A stretch of DNA of 64,000 bases from Bacillales bacterium UBA1744 (GCA_002314915.1 DCHU01000029.1:35452-99451); one strand, 5' to 3'. Counted from the stretch's first letter, positions 17,787 to 25,955 are shown. A program made the numbers and translations. The notes: generated by a model from the sequence alone, not told the origin.

Positions 17787-20162
17787 TTAGTTTATTTCAA
17801 CGGTTGTTGATGCGTTTCCGAATGGAGATGAGCACTCAATCTTAGCAATACCCTTGCCGATTGGCGCGAATACCGCGAGCGTTTCTCCGAAGTATGTATC
17901 CGACACTTCGGTGATATATCCACGCGTATTGTATGGGCATGCGCTGCCGAATCCGATTAGTTCAAGATTCTCCATCTTCTCAATCTTGATGTCGCCTCTA
18001 ACACTCGAGATGAGAGTTCCGTTTTCATCGGTGTATCTCATTCTCACGTACACGAGTCCATCACTTGCAACTGTTGCTGCCTCAGGTTCAAGCCTTAAGG
18101 TTGGTGTTGAACCACCGCTCACGAGGACCACCTCTCCGATAACATTATTCTCCTTATCGTATGAGACAGCTTTAAGTTCTCCTGGCTGATACTTCACTTT
18201 GAAGATGGTTCTAGCATCATCGTTCATCGCTTTCTTACCAATCTTAGTTCCATTTAAGAAGAGTTCGACGTGATGACAGATTGCATAGACTTCTACTTCA
18301 GTCTTCACGCCTTCGCATCCCGGATATGTCCAAGAGCGTTCAGCCTGTGAGAATTTCCAGCTGGACGGTGAGTGTTTCTTTCCATAATGGAATGGAGCGA
18401 TGACACCCATATTGATTGTGTCGAGCCCGAAAGCCACTCTAGTGTAGTCGGTTTCCGATGTCATCTTTCCAGTGATATCAATGCGTCCTGATCCCGCATT
18501 TAACCATCCTACCTGATGAGCGAAATCGTCATCGCAGTAATCGGATGTTGTCCAAGAACCGATTCCAACTTCTCCGAGATAGTCAAATCCCGCCCAGACA
18601 AAGTCTCCGATGAGTCTAGGGTTGTCTTTTGCGATAGACATGAACTTATATGCATCTGAGCAGAATGTCTCTGATCCTAAGATGATTCTATTTGGGTAGT
18701 TCTTTAAATCTTTTTTGTATCTGTTGATACCGTAGTTATATCCGGCGGCATCCATATTCGCGAACGCATCTCTGGTCTTAACATTCGAGCCATGGAGTGT
18801 TGCTCCAAGCTTCATAAAATCTGCACCTAAGATGCCCGCTAAATCGTTGAAGAATTCTGATCCAACGGACTTTTTCTTCTTTTTTGCTGTGGTTTTTGCA
18901 CTCTTTTCAGCTTTCTTGTCGCTATAGACACCAAAGCCCATAGAGTATAGGTAGTTAAAGAAAATGTTCACGCCACATGACACGTAGCGGGTGTCATCTA
19001 ACTGATGGAGATACTCGGTGAAGTTCTTGGTTAATTCAATTCCGCGTTTTTCGCTTGTTTCAGCGACTTCGTTGCCGGTTGAATAAAGAATTACGGATGG
19101 GTGATTGAAATCCTTGTCAACGATGTTTTCGAGGTCTTTCTTCCAGTTTGCTTCTACATGTGATGCGTAATCATACTGCGTTTTGTGGATATACCAGCAG
19201 TCTACATATTCATCCACCATCAAGACGCCTAATTCATCGCAGGCGTTGAGGATGTTCTTGGAACATGGATTGTGAGCGGATCTCAATGCGTTGTAACCCG
19301 CTTCTTTATGGATTCTTACTTTGCGGTATTCAGCAGCCTTATGGCTTCTTGCGCCGATTGGTCCGTTATCGTGATGGAAACAAGCGCCTTTTAGGATGAC
19401 TCTTTCTCCATTGATGGTGAGTCCTTCTTCTTTTGTTAATGATACAGTTCTGATGCCGAATCTCTCTTTAACGATGTCGCCTTCAAAATTGACTTCCAAC
19501 TCGTAAAGATTTGGGTGTTCTGGCGACCAGAGTTCAGCATTTGGCACAACGATTTCAAGAGTTGCGTTTCCATCCGTTGTTGTAAGGGTGTTCGCCACCA
19601 CTTCTCCGTTGCGGATAACGTTGAGTCTAAGTTCTCCGTTTGTGTTGGTTTTGATGTTTGCGGAAATCTTGCCTTCCTTGTAATCAACAGTCTTTACTTT
19701 TACTCCATTAATTAAGATGTGCTTCTCAGGTAATACATATACGTTTACGTCTCTATAAATACCTGCGCCTGTATACCATCTAGAGTTTGGCTGATCGTGG
19801 TTCTTGGCAATGACTCTAATTGTGTTCTTTCCATCTTTTAACGCTTCGGTGATGTCGGCAAATATGTCGGTGTAGCCATAGTCGCATTCAGAGACCTTAA
19901 CGTCGTTAACGAAAACCTCGGACACCATCATGATGCCTTCGAATTCGATTATGGTCTTCTTCCCTTTCCAAGATTCAGGCAAATCAAACTCTTTTACATA
20001 TTCGTAATCGAGTCCGGCAAAGTACGAGTTATTCGTTCCGCCTTTGTTCTCTAAAGCGCGATCCTCATAGATCATCGCATCATGTGGGAGAGTCACTTCT
20101 TTATAGTCATTCTCTCCTAAATGGGCATACTTCCAGCCCCCATTAAATAATATCTTTTCCAT
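17787..20162 (-). CDS. Glycoside hydrolase family 2 (beta-galactosidase/beta-glucuronidase-like)
   Basis: It is 791 aa with an N-terminal sugar-binding domain pattern (WYTGAGIYRDVNV) and a TIM-barrel with NHPSVILYSTGNEV (acid/base Glu). Confidence 0.8.
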   Translation of the reverse strand: MEKILFNGGWKYAHLGENDYKEVTLPHDAMIYEDRALENKGGTNNSYFAGLDYEYVKEFDLPESWKGKKTIIEFEGIMMVSEVFVNDVKVSECDYGYTDIFADITEALKDGKNTIRVIAKNHDQPNSRWYTGAGIYRDVNVYVLPEKHILINGVKVKTVDYKEGKISANIKTNTNGELRLNVIRNGEVVANTLTTTDGNATLEIVVPNAELWSPEHPNLYELEVNFEGDIVKERFGIRTVSLTKEEGLTINGERVILKGACFHHDNGPIGARSHKAAEYRKVRIHKEAGYNALRSAHNPCSKNILNACDELGVLMVDEYVDCWYIHKTQYDYASHVEANWKKDLENIVDKDFNHPSVILYSTGNEVAETSEKRGIELTKNFTEYLHQLDDTRYVSCGVNIFFNYLYSMGFGVYSDKKAEKSAKTTAKKKKKSVGSEFFNDLAGILGADFMKLGATLHGSNVKTRDAFANMDAAGYNYGINRYKKDLKNYPNRIILGSETFCSDAYKFMSIAKDNPRLIGDFVWAGFDYLGEVGIGSWTTSDYCDDDFAHQVGWLNAGSGRIDITGKMTSETDYTRVAFGLDTINMGVIAPFHYGKKHSPSSWKFSQAERSWTYPGCEGVKTEVEVYAICHHVELFLNGTKIGKKAMNDDARTIFKVKYQPGELKAVSYDKENNVIGEVVLVSGGSTPTLRLEPEAATVASDGLVYVRMRYTDENGTLISSVRGDIKIEKMENLELIGFGSACPYNTRGYITEVSDTYFGETLAVFAPIGKGIAKIECSSPFGNASTTVEIN

Positions 20163-20199
20163 CGTTGATGTTATTTTATCAGTTATTTGACTATGTTTT

Positions 20200-20226
20200 T
20201 GCGTAAATTATGCCGTATTTTACGCA
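20200..20226 (-). promoter_or_regulatory. Dyad operator overlapping the putative GH2 promoter
   Basis: TGCGTAAA-n11-TTTACGCA is a perfect 8-bp inverted repeat. On the minus strand it brackets a putative TTCATA-17-CATAAT promoter 40-60 nt upstream of the GH2 ATG. Confidence 0.4.
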
Positions 20227-20237
20227 TTTTATGAAAA

Positions 20238-20263
20238 TGAAAAGGGCAACCATATGGTCGCCC
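20238..20263 (-). terminator. Terminator after the GPH transporter gene
   Basis: The minus strand reads GGGCGACCATATGGTTGCCC followed by TTTTCATTTT. Confidence 0.7.
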
Positions 20264-20280
20264 TAGTTTTGTTAGCTTAA

Positions 20281-22290
20281 TTAAGCAACGTATTCTGGTA
20301 AGCCAGCTGCAACACGGACCTTGTTGAGGTCGATTCTTGCTGCTTCGAGAGCTTCTGCTTCCTTAGCGGCTTTTGCTGCTTTGACTTCTTCTGGGATAGC
20401 TGCTTCTTTTTCTGCCTTCTTTGCATCAGCTGCTGCTTTCTTTTCAGCTGCCTTTGCATCGTTAGCTGCCTTCTTCTCTAAGAACTTAGCGTTCTCAGCA
20501 TCGAAGTCGAGATGCTTCTTCTCGCAGTCTTTCTTCAACTGATCGATACGAGCCTCTTCAACGAGTCTTGCATTTTCTTCAGCTTCCTGAGCTGCTCTGA
20601 CTTCTGGTTCGATCCATTCACCGCCTGCAGCGAGGACTTTAGCCTTCTGGTCAGCGACGATAGCGAGGTTGTCAATCTTGGAGAACTTCTCAACGTTCAT
20701 GAAGACGAACATAACAGCGATTAAGAGATAGCAGACACCTTCAACGCCGAATGCGAGTGTTGTGTTGAGCATTTTGCCGATTGTTGGGAATGCTGAGTTG
20801 AGACCGACGATGATACCGTTACAAACGCCTGCCATAGCGACCATGATTGCGCCGTAGACTGCCATTGTGAATCCGTCTGTACGGATGCCGTGGACTGCTT
20901 CCTGGTGATCGAGAACGTTGGCCATGAGAGCGATTGAGATGTACATTGCAGGTGCTGTACCTAATGCCTTAACGCAGAATGATGCGACAGCGATTGCTGT
21001 AGTTCCAGCAACGTTCATTGAGACGAAGACTGGGATGTAGCAGACTGCTGCTGCAACGAATGCGATGACACCGCCTAATGCGATTGTCTTAGATTTTGTG
21101 AGTTTTGCAGCGATAGGCCAGACGATTGCCATGCCTAATGCTGTTGGGATAGCACCAACTGTGTTGATGACTGAAGCGACTGAGTTTCCGCCTGTCATTG
21201 ACTGTGAGTAGAATGACATTGCGTTGTTCTTCATCTGACCACCGAACTGGTAGAGGAAGAAGAAGATAATGATGAACCACCAATATTTGTCTTTGACACA
21301 AACCTTGATCTGGTCTGCCATTGAAGTCTTTTTGACTTCTGGAGCTGACTCGCCAGCTGCTGCTGCAGCTTCTGCGTTGTTGACAGCTTCTTCTGTGATT
21401 CTTTCACGTGTGAAGAAGTATTCGAGTAAGCAACCAATGACAAGTGTGGCAACCATGACGATCATGAGGATTGTCCACTTCTGGTTTGCCTGAGCACGTG
21501 AGATTTCAGTTGTGTAATCGACGTTTGGAAGTAAGTTCTTAACGAGGTTGAAGTCGTTTGTCTGTGTAACGCCTTCGCCTAATTCAGCTGCGTGGAGATT
21601 AACATATGCGTCTGTGTATTTGTAAACTGGTAATAAGCCGAGTAAGTCGACTAAGATACCACCGAACATACCAGAGACACCAGCTGCTGCGAGCTGAGCT
21701 GCCATGATAGCTGTTCCTAAGAGTCCACGAGCTCCGCCATCACGGGTGGAGAGGTTGACTAATGCGGAATGTGATGTGTAGTAGATTGGCCATGCGATTG
21801 CATAGAAGAGGTTGTAACCAACTGCGATTAAGATGGATGCAAGGAGCATTCCGTCCTTTGGCAATGCGCTGTTGGTGAGAAGAGCCTGAATGATTGTGCT
21901 TTCATCAGCAGCCTGTGGGAGTGGAACGATGAACAAGACAACCATTGCGATTGCGATGACAGGCATTCCTAATAAGATCAATGGTCTTGCTTTACCTGCA
22001 AGTGTAGGTTTTCTTTCCATCAAACGTCCGACGAATAAGTTACCGATGACGATAACGATTGCGGAGATGATAGGAAGGAGAGTCTCAAACAATGGTGCCC
22101 AAGTTCCCAATCCAAGAACCTTGTCCCAATACTGAATGAGCCAAATGTTGATAACGCCGTTTCCGAGGAGTGCGCAAATAGGTCCAAGTAAATAGCCTAA
22201 AGCAGCCTCAGGGAAAAGCGATACGGTTGCGCTTTTTATTTTTGACTTCATTAAAGGGGTCTCAAAAAAGCTCTTTCTTTTTTCAGCCAT
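20281..22290 (-). CDS. GPH/MFS-type sugar:cation symporter with ~130 aa Lys/Ala/Glu-rich C-terminal tail
   Basis: It has about 12 TM segments with a MelB/GPH-like N-terminus. The tail is ...KAAEKKAAADAKKAEKEAAIPEEVKAAKAAKEAEALEAARIDL. RBS AAGGAGG lies upstream. Confidence 0.65.
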   Translation of the reverse strand: MAEKRKSFFETPLMKSKIKSATVSLFPEAALGYLLGPICALLGNGVINIWLIQYWDKVLGLGTWAPLFETLLPIISAIVIVIGNLFVGRLMERKPTLAGKARPLILLGMPVIAIAMVVLFIVPLPQAADESTIIQALLTNSALPKDGMLLASILIAVGYNLFYAIAWPIYYTSHSALVNLSTRDGGARGLLGTAIMAAQLAAAGVSGMFGGILVDLLGLLPVYKYTDAYVNLHAAELGEGVTQTNDFNLVKNLLPNVDYTTEISRAQANQKWTILMIVMVATLVIGCLLEYFFTRERITEEAVNNAEAAAAAGESAPEVKKTSMADQIKVCVKDKYWWFIIIFFFLYQFGGQMKNNAMSFYSQSMTGGNSVASVINTVGAIPTALGMAIVWPIAAKLTKSKTIALGGVIAFVAAAVCYIPVFVSMNVAGTTAIAVASFCVKALGTAPAMYISIALMANVLDHQEAVHGIRTDGFTMAVYGAIMVAMAGVCNGIIVGLNSAFPTIGKMLNTTLAFGVEGVCYLLIAVMFVFMNVEKFSKIDNLAIVADQKAKVLAAGGEWIEPEVRAAQEAEENARLVEEARIDQLKKDCEKKHLDFDAENAKFLEKKAANDAKAAEKKAAADAKKAEKEAAIPEEVKAAKAAKEAEALEAARIDLNKVRVAAGLPEYVA

Positions 22291-22453
22291 AACAGCCTCC
22301 TTAAATTTTGATACTTAATTATAAACATAATTGAAAATAAAAGAGAGTGGGCAATGCGCAAGTATCGTCATTTTTGCCATAAGTGGTAACTTTCACGGCA
22401 TTTTTTGCATAGTTTTTGCGTCTCTCCTCCTGAAAAAACGATTAGTAGAATAA

Positions 22454-22480
22454 GAAAAAGCCCTTATTTTACTAAAGGCT
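22454..22480 (-). terminator. Terminator after the GNAT-MGMT gene
   Basis: The minus strand reads AGCCTTTAGTAAAATAAGGGCT followed by TTTTTC. Confidence 0.6.
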
Positions 22481-22489
22481 TATCTGGGT

Positions 22490-23362
22490 TTAGAGGTAGC
22501 GATATTGGTACTTTGACAGGTCGACTTTGTAGTCTTTGACCACTACTCCATCGTTTTCGAGTCGCCTTTTTTGCTCATCAATTCCGCCTGGCGCACCAAA
22601 GTGTTTTGCAAGTTCTCCTTTGGCGTTTACGACCTTGAAACAAGGGTTCTTGTCTGGATCCGGATTCACATGGAGGATGTTGCCGACCACTCTTGCGAGG
22701 CGTTTGTCTCCTAGGTATTCAGCAATCTGACCATATGTGGCGACTTTGCCATCAGGGATCATTCTAAGGAAGGTATACACTCTTTCGCTTAAAGGGACTC
22801 TATTATTCCAGATGACTCGGCCTATGGACGGCTCTTCAGTGCCCATACGAGTTTCGAACGTGAATGACTTGCAGTCCTGGAAACCGACCTTATGTTGCAC
22901 CCTTTCAGATTGTGGATTGGAGATGAAACTGCAGCAAGTAATGCAATCGACTTCTTGTTCTTTGAAGAGATATTCAATTGCGGCCTTTGCTAGTTCAGGC
23001 ATAAATCCTCTACCCCAAAATGGCTTAGCGAGGACATATCCTAGTTCTTTGCATTTATATTCGTTTAGTTCTGGAAAATGATTTGGGTTTGTTTCCTCAA
23101 TGCCGAGTGAGCCAATAACTTTACCGTCATAGACGATTGCGAATGTTTTCTTCCCATTCATGAACATATCAAGAATCATTTGTGATTCGTTGATGTCTTT
23201 GTGATGTGACCATCCCGCCATTTCTCCTACTCCAGGCACTTTTGCATATTCAAAGAAATCCTCTAAGTCCGAAGGCTTAAAAGCCCTTAAAGTGAGTCTT
23301 TCGGTGTTAATTACTACATTTGTTAGGTCGATTGGGAAGTCCATAGATCTCTTATACCCCAT
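22490..23362 (-). CDS. GNAT (RimJ/RimL-like) N-acetyltransferase fused to an MGMT/Ogt-type DNA-binding domain with altered active site
   Basis: The N-terminal half shows a GNAT pattern (LTLRAF...GYVLAKPFWGRGFMPEL). The C-terminal half is ATYGQIAEYLGDKRLARVVGNILHVNPDPDKNPCFKVVNAKGEL, against the canonical TYGxIAxxxGxPxAxRAVGxAxxxNPxxxxxPCHRV. The start may be Met7. Confidence 0.75.
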   Translation of the reverse strand: MGYKRSMDFPIDLTNVVINTERLTLRAFKPSDLEDFFEYAKVPGVGEMAGWSHHKDINESQMILDMFMNGKKTFAIVYDGKVIGSLGIEETNPNHFPELNEYKCKELGYVLAKPFWGRGFMPELAKAAIEYLFKEQEVDCITCCSFISNPQSERVQHKVGFQDCKSFTFETRMGTEEPSIGRVIWNNRVPLSERVYTFLRMIPDGKVATYGQIAEYLGDKRLARVVGNILHVNPDPDKNPCFKVVNAKGELAKHFGAPGGIDEQKRRLENDGVVVKDYKVDLSKYQYRYL

Positions 23363-23461
23363 CTATTGTACCTATTCAATGACAGATAAAGAAAACCACC
23401 GGTTTCCCGATGGTTTATGTTTCAGGCTTTTTACTTCTTAAATCCGCTGTTAAATTTCAAA

Positions 23462-23493
23462 CAGACACAACCCTTTCGGTTGGTTCATGGGTT
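23462..23493 (+). pseudogene. Partial, inverted tRNA-Glu-like fragment
   Basis: The plus strand AGACACAACCCTTTCGGTTGGTTCATGGGTT resembles the sense sequence of the adjacent tRNA-Glu, AGACACCACCCTTTCACGGTGGGTTCATGGGTT. The differences are a 2-nt deletion and 2 mismatches. It lacks acceptor arms. Confidence 0.4.
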
Positions 23494-23495
23494 AA

Positions 23496-23524
23496 AGAAA
23501 AACCGGACCTTTTAGATCCGGTTT
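23496..23524 (-). terminator. Terminator after the tRNA-Asn/tRNA-Glu pair
   Basis: The minus strand reads AAACCGGATCTAAAAGGTCCGGTTT followed by TTCTTT. Confidence 0.75.
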
Positions 23525-23533
23525 ATAGTCAGT

Positions 23534-23608
23534 TGGTGACCTGTACGGGACTCGAACCCATGAACCCACCGTGAAAGGGTGGTGTCTTAACCGCTTGACG
23601 AACAGGCC
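23534..23608 (-). tRNA. tRNA-Glu (anticodon UUC)
   Basis: The minus strand reads GGCCTGTTCGTCAAGCGGTTAAGACACCACCCTTTCACGGTGGGTTCATGGGTTCGAGTCCCGTACAGGTCACCA. The anticodon loop is CTTTCAC and CCA is encoded. Confidence 0.9.
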
Positions 23609-23611
23609 AGC

Positions 23612-23686
23612 TGGCGCTAACTAGAGGGCTCGAACCTCCAACCGATCGGTTAACAGCCGATTGCTCTGCCATTGAGCTAAGTTAGC
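23612..23686 (-). tRNA. tRNA-Asn (anticodon GUU)
   Basis: The minus strand reads GCTAACTTAGCTCAATGGCAGAGCAATCGGCTGTTAACCGATCGGTTGGAGGTTCGAGCCCTCTAGTTAGCGCCA. The anticodon loop is CTGTTAA. Confidence 0.9.
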
Positions 23687-23719
23687 ACTAGACTTACGCT
23701 TCTATAAAAGCGCTCAAAT

Positions 23720-23748
23720 ATATTAAGCAACTCCTTAAAAATTTGCAA
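23720..23748 (-). promoter_or_regulatory. Promoter of the tRNA-Asn/tRNA-Glu operon
   Basis: The minus strand reads TTGCAA (23743-23748), a 17-nt spacer, then TAATAT (23720-23725), about 35 nt upstream of tRNA-Asn. Confidence 0.6.
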
Positions 23749-23781
23749 CAATAAATACAACACTTTTTGAATGTTATTAAT

Positions 23782-23804
23782 AAAAGCGGCCCGAATGGAC
23801 CGCT
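23782..23804 (-). terminator. Terminator after acpP
   Basis: The minus strand reads AGCGGTCCATTCGGGCCGCT followed by TTTTATT. Confidence 0.75.
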
Positions 23805-23821
23805 CTTGTTGCTAATTAGCG

Positions 23822-24055
23822 TTATTTGGAAGCAACTTTGGAATCGATCTTACCGAGTAAGTCACCGACAGTCTTGAACTCAGCGAGTTCTTCTGTGGCG
23901 AACTGGATTCCATACTTATCTTCAAGATCTAAGCACATCTCGACGACGTCAAGGCTGTCCAAACCTAAATCCTTAAGAGCCTTGTCATCTGCGATTGTGT
24001 CTGCACCGACTTTGTCGGCTAAGAACTTTCTAATTTCTTCAACTTGTCTACTCAT
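23822..24055 (-). CDS. acpP: Acyl carrier protein
   Basis: It is 77 aa with the phosphopantetheine site LGLDSLDVVEM. RBS GAGGT lies upstream, and a possible own promoter TTAACA-17-TATAAT is present. Confidence 0.9.
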   Translation of the reverse strand: MSRQVEEIRKFLADKVGADTIADDKALKDLGLDSLDVVEMCLDLEDKYGIQFATEELAEFKTVGDLLGKIDSKVASK

Positions 24056-24128
24056 AGTTTTGTACCTCGAGGTAATTATAGTGCAATTAAAGACCTTTGT
24101 TAAATGAGTTTCAAGTTGTATCTTGCGA

Positions 24129-24272
24129 TTATCCTAATGCTGATGAGATTGTGATCTGGCTTGCAACGTCCTGTGCGGACTGCTGGAAAGCCGGGATTAA
24201 AACTGCTGCGATGATGCCGAATACGGCGATGACTAAAACCATCGTGAGCAACGTTCCTTTTAGTTCTGACAT
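24129..24272 (-). CDS. Flp-sized type IV pilin-like protein (47 aa; not in ORF track)
   Basis: My translation is MSELKGTLLTMVLVIAVFGIIAAVLIPAFQQSAQDVASQITISSALG, ending in TAA. A strong RBS AAAGGAGGT lies 5 nt upstream of the ATG at 24272. A short charged leader ends in Gly6 and is followed by a ~22-residue hydrophobic helix. It is the last gene of the Tad-like operon. Track ORF 24097..24294(+) is its antisense shadow. Confidence 0.7.
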   Translation of the reverse strand: MSELKGTLLTMVLVIAVFGIIAAVLIPAFQQSAQDVASQITISSALG

Positions 24273-24285
24273 GGTTACCTCCTTT

Positions 24286-24624
24286 CTAATCTAAATAACC
24301 GATGACCGTCGATCGGGTAACCGACACTGTCATGGCAGATTGCGACATTACAAGAGGGTCGTATTCCCTCGATAAGGTGAATATGAAAACATCACCAGGC
24401 CTTGATGCGGTTGTGGTCTCTATTTTGACGGTGGCTTTGTTCTTCTCTATAAGAGATAGCGTTTCTTTCGATATGGTTCCCTCCAAAGACACCTTCTTTG
24501 CAACCGTCAAAGCGGTAGAGTCTAAGGCGCTGTGGATGGCCTGTATCGAATATAGGTCACCAGAATAGGCGATGACCTCGATTATGAAGAATAAGGTTAG
24601 GATGAATCCGAGTTTAGAGCCCAT
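24286..24624 (-). CDS. TadE-like pseudopilin/minor pilin
   Basis: MGSKLG/FILTLFFIIEVIAYSGDLYSIQAIHSALDSTALTVAKKV has a 6-residue leader ending in Gly. A hydrophobic helix with an embedded Glu and an A-rich amphipathic stretch follow, as in TadE N-terminal domains. Confidence 0.55.
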   Translation of the reverse strand: MGSKLGFILTLFFIIEVIAYSGDLYSIQAIHSALDSTALTVAKKVSLEGTISKETLSLIEKNKATVKIETTTASRPGDVFIFTLSREYDPLVMSQSAMTVSVTRSTVIGYLD

Positions 24625-25255
24625 TGACTATGCCTCCCATGATATTGATTATTCCGACCGTTATCATAATCATCGTCAGAGCGCTTCCGACGAGAGGGAA
24701 GTAAGAGCCTGTGGCTAGTTTCTTATCAAGTCGTTTAACCTCTTGCTTTCTCTCATTTTGCAAAAGGGATGTGAAAAGGAAATTGAACTGATTGATATAG
24801 GAGACATCCCCTCCTTCTATCGACATCCTGTAGATTGAGATGAGGACTTGTTTGCATTCCAATGTGCCGAGTTCCTCACCAAACTCCATAAAAGGCCTGA
24901 CGGTTTTGTCGTTATCAACGCTTTTCAAGAGATTCGTTAGTTTATCCGCCATGGAAGGAGTGGCGAACTGTATTACTTCTTCTATTGCGTTATAAACAGG
25001 AAGCCCGTTTTTGATATAGATTGCAAAATACGAGAAAATCCTGATGAATTCCTGTGATAACGCATCTTTTTCGTCCTGAATCTTTTTCTTTGGACTCGTT
25101 ATGAACAAATAATTCGCAACGGCTAAAATTAGGAATAAAGATATAGGCATAAGCAAAGAGTTCTGCAGCAAGAAACTCAACACAACGAAGGCTATGCCTA
25201 TAACATCCCCTATTATCAATATGATCAGCTGAGTCTTATTTAGTTTTATTCGCAT
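24614..25255 (-). CDS. Single-domain T2SS-F/TadC-like membrane platform protein
   Basis: It has an N-terminal TM pair, a cytoplasmic helical domain (FIRIFSYFAIYIKNGLPVYNAIEEV...) and a C-terminal TM. The size and topology match TadB/TadC. Confidence 0.65.
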   Translation of the reverse strand: MRIKLNKTQLIILIIGDVIGIAFVVLSFLLQNSLLMPISLFLILAVANYLFITSPKKKIQDEKDALSQEFIRIFSYFAIYIKNGLPVYNAIEEVIQFATPSMADKLTNLLKSVDNDKTVRPFMEFGEELGTLECKQVLISIYRMSIEGGDVSYINQFNFLFTSLLQNERKQEVKRLDKKLATGSYFPLVGSALTMIMITVGIINIMGGIVNGL

Positions 25256-25955
25256 TGCGTTTCCTCCATTCGAATTTGAGTTTTTCTCCCGTTATGTTCA
25301 TTGTGAAGAAAAGAGATGAGCCTATCACAAGGACAAAATAGGACACGGTTAAAAGGATGTAGATGATCGAGTTTGATAATTCCTCATAGAACATCGATAA
25401 ACCAAATCTGATGGACAGGAGGATAATCGCGCTTAAGGCCCACAAGGTCAGGAACTGAACCAAGTTATTCATCTTCACTTTGTCCTTCTGATTCTCTACT
25501 TTCTCCACCTCCGCGACCTCGACTAACAAAGGGCCGGCAAGATCTAGGACATCGCCTCCTTGTTCTTCATAGATATGAAATATGGACAAGAACATCTTGT
25601 AGTAATCCTGATGGAAGTAGTTGGCTAGATACTGGATCTTTTCTCTTGCCTGATATTGGTCTATCGAATCCGTTATGTCCTTTTCTTCTCCTGTCACTCC
25701 TTCGATAGCGCTGTAATAAGCGCCATCAACCGAGTTAAGACTGGATAGCGAGACCATGAAAGAGTAGACGAACTGATAACACTCATGCCTCCTTCTCGTT
25801 TTAACTACGTAGTCTCCAACCATAGGCCTAACAAGGAATAGAAGAACCACTTCGAATACCGCAAAAATCAATATCCCGAGAATGATGTTGTTCAACAATA
25901 GGTATCCCATCACCCCATATATCAGGGCGATAACACTGAAAATCGCGTAAATCAT
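25236..25955 (-). CDS. Single-domain T2SS-F/TadB-like membrane platform protein
   Basis: The topology is the same as its neighbour (TMs flanking a helical cytoplasmic domain). It overlaps both neighbours, by 20 nt and 4 nt. Confidence 0.6.
   Translation of the reverse strand: MIYAIFSVIALIYGVMGYLLLNNIILGILIFAVFEVVLLFLVRPMVGDYVVKTRRRHECYQFVYSFMVSLSSLNSVDGAYYSAIEGVTGEEKDITDSIDQYQAREKIQYLANYFHQDYYKMFLSIFHIYEEQGGDVLDLAGPLLVEVAEVEKVENQKDKVKMNNLVQFLTLWALSAIILLSIRFGLSMFYEELSNSIIYILLTVSYFVLVIGSSLFFTMNITGEKLKFEWRKRNANKTK

Noticed and set aside
22395-22445. Mini-ORF MQKMP after AGGAGGAG in the GPH leader (minus strand), considered as a leader peptide
   Set aside because: The RBS-to-ATG spacing is ~14 nt, it has 5 codons with no regulatory codon pattern, and no alternative hairpins are evident.
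23395-23417. Terminator-like hairpin AACCATCGGGAAACCGGTGGTT + TTTC only ~35 nt upstream of the GNAT-MGMT start, considered as an attenuator or riboswitch
   Set aside because: I recognised no conserved riboswitch core in the ~110-nt region. It may simply be a second terminator for the tRNA operon. It needs a covariance-model scan.
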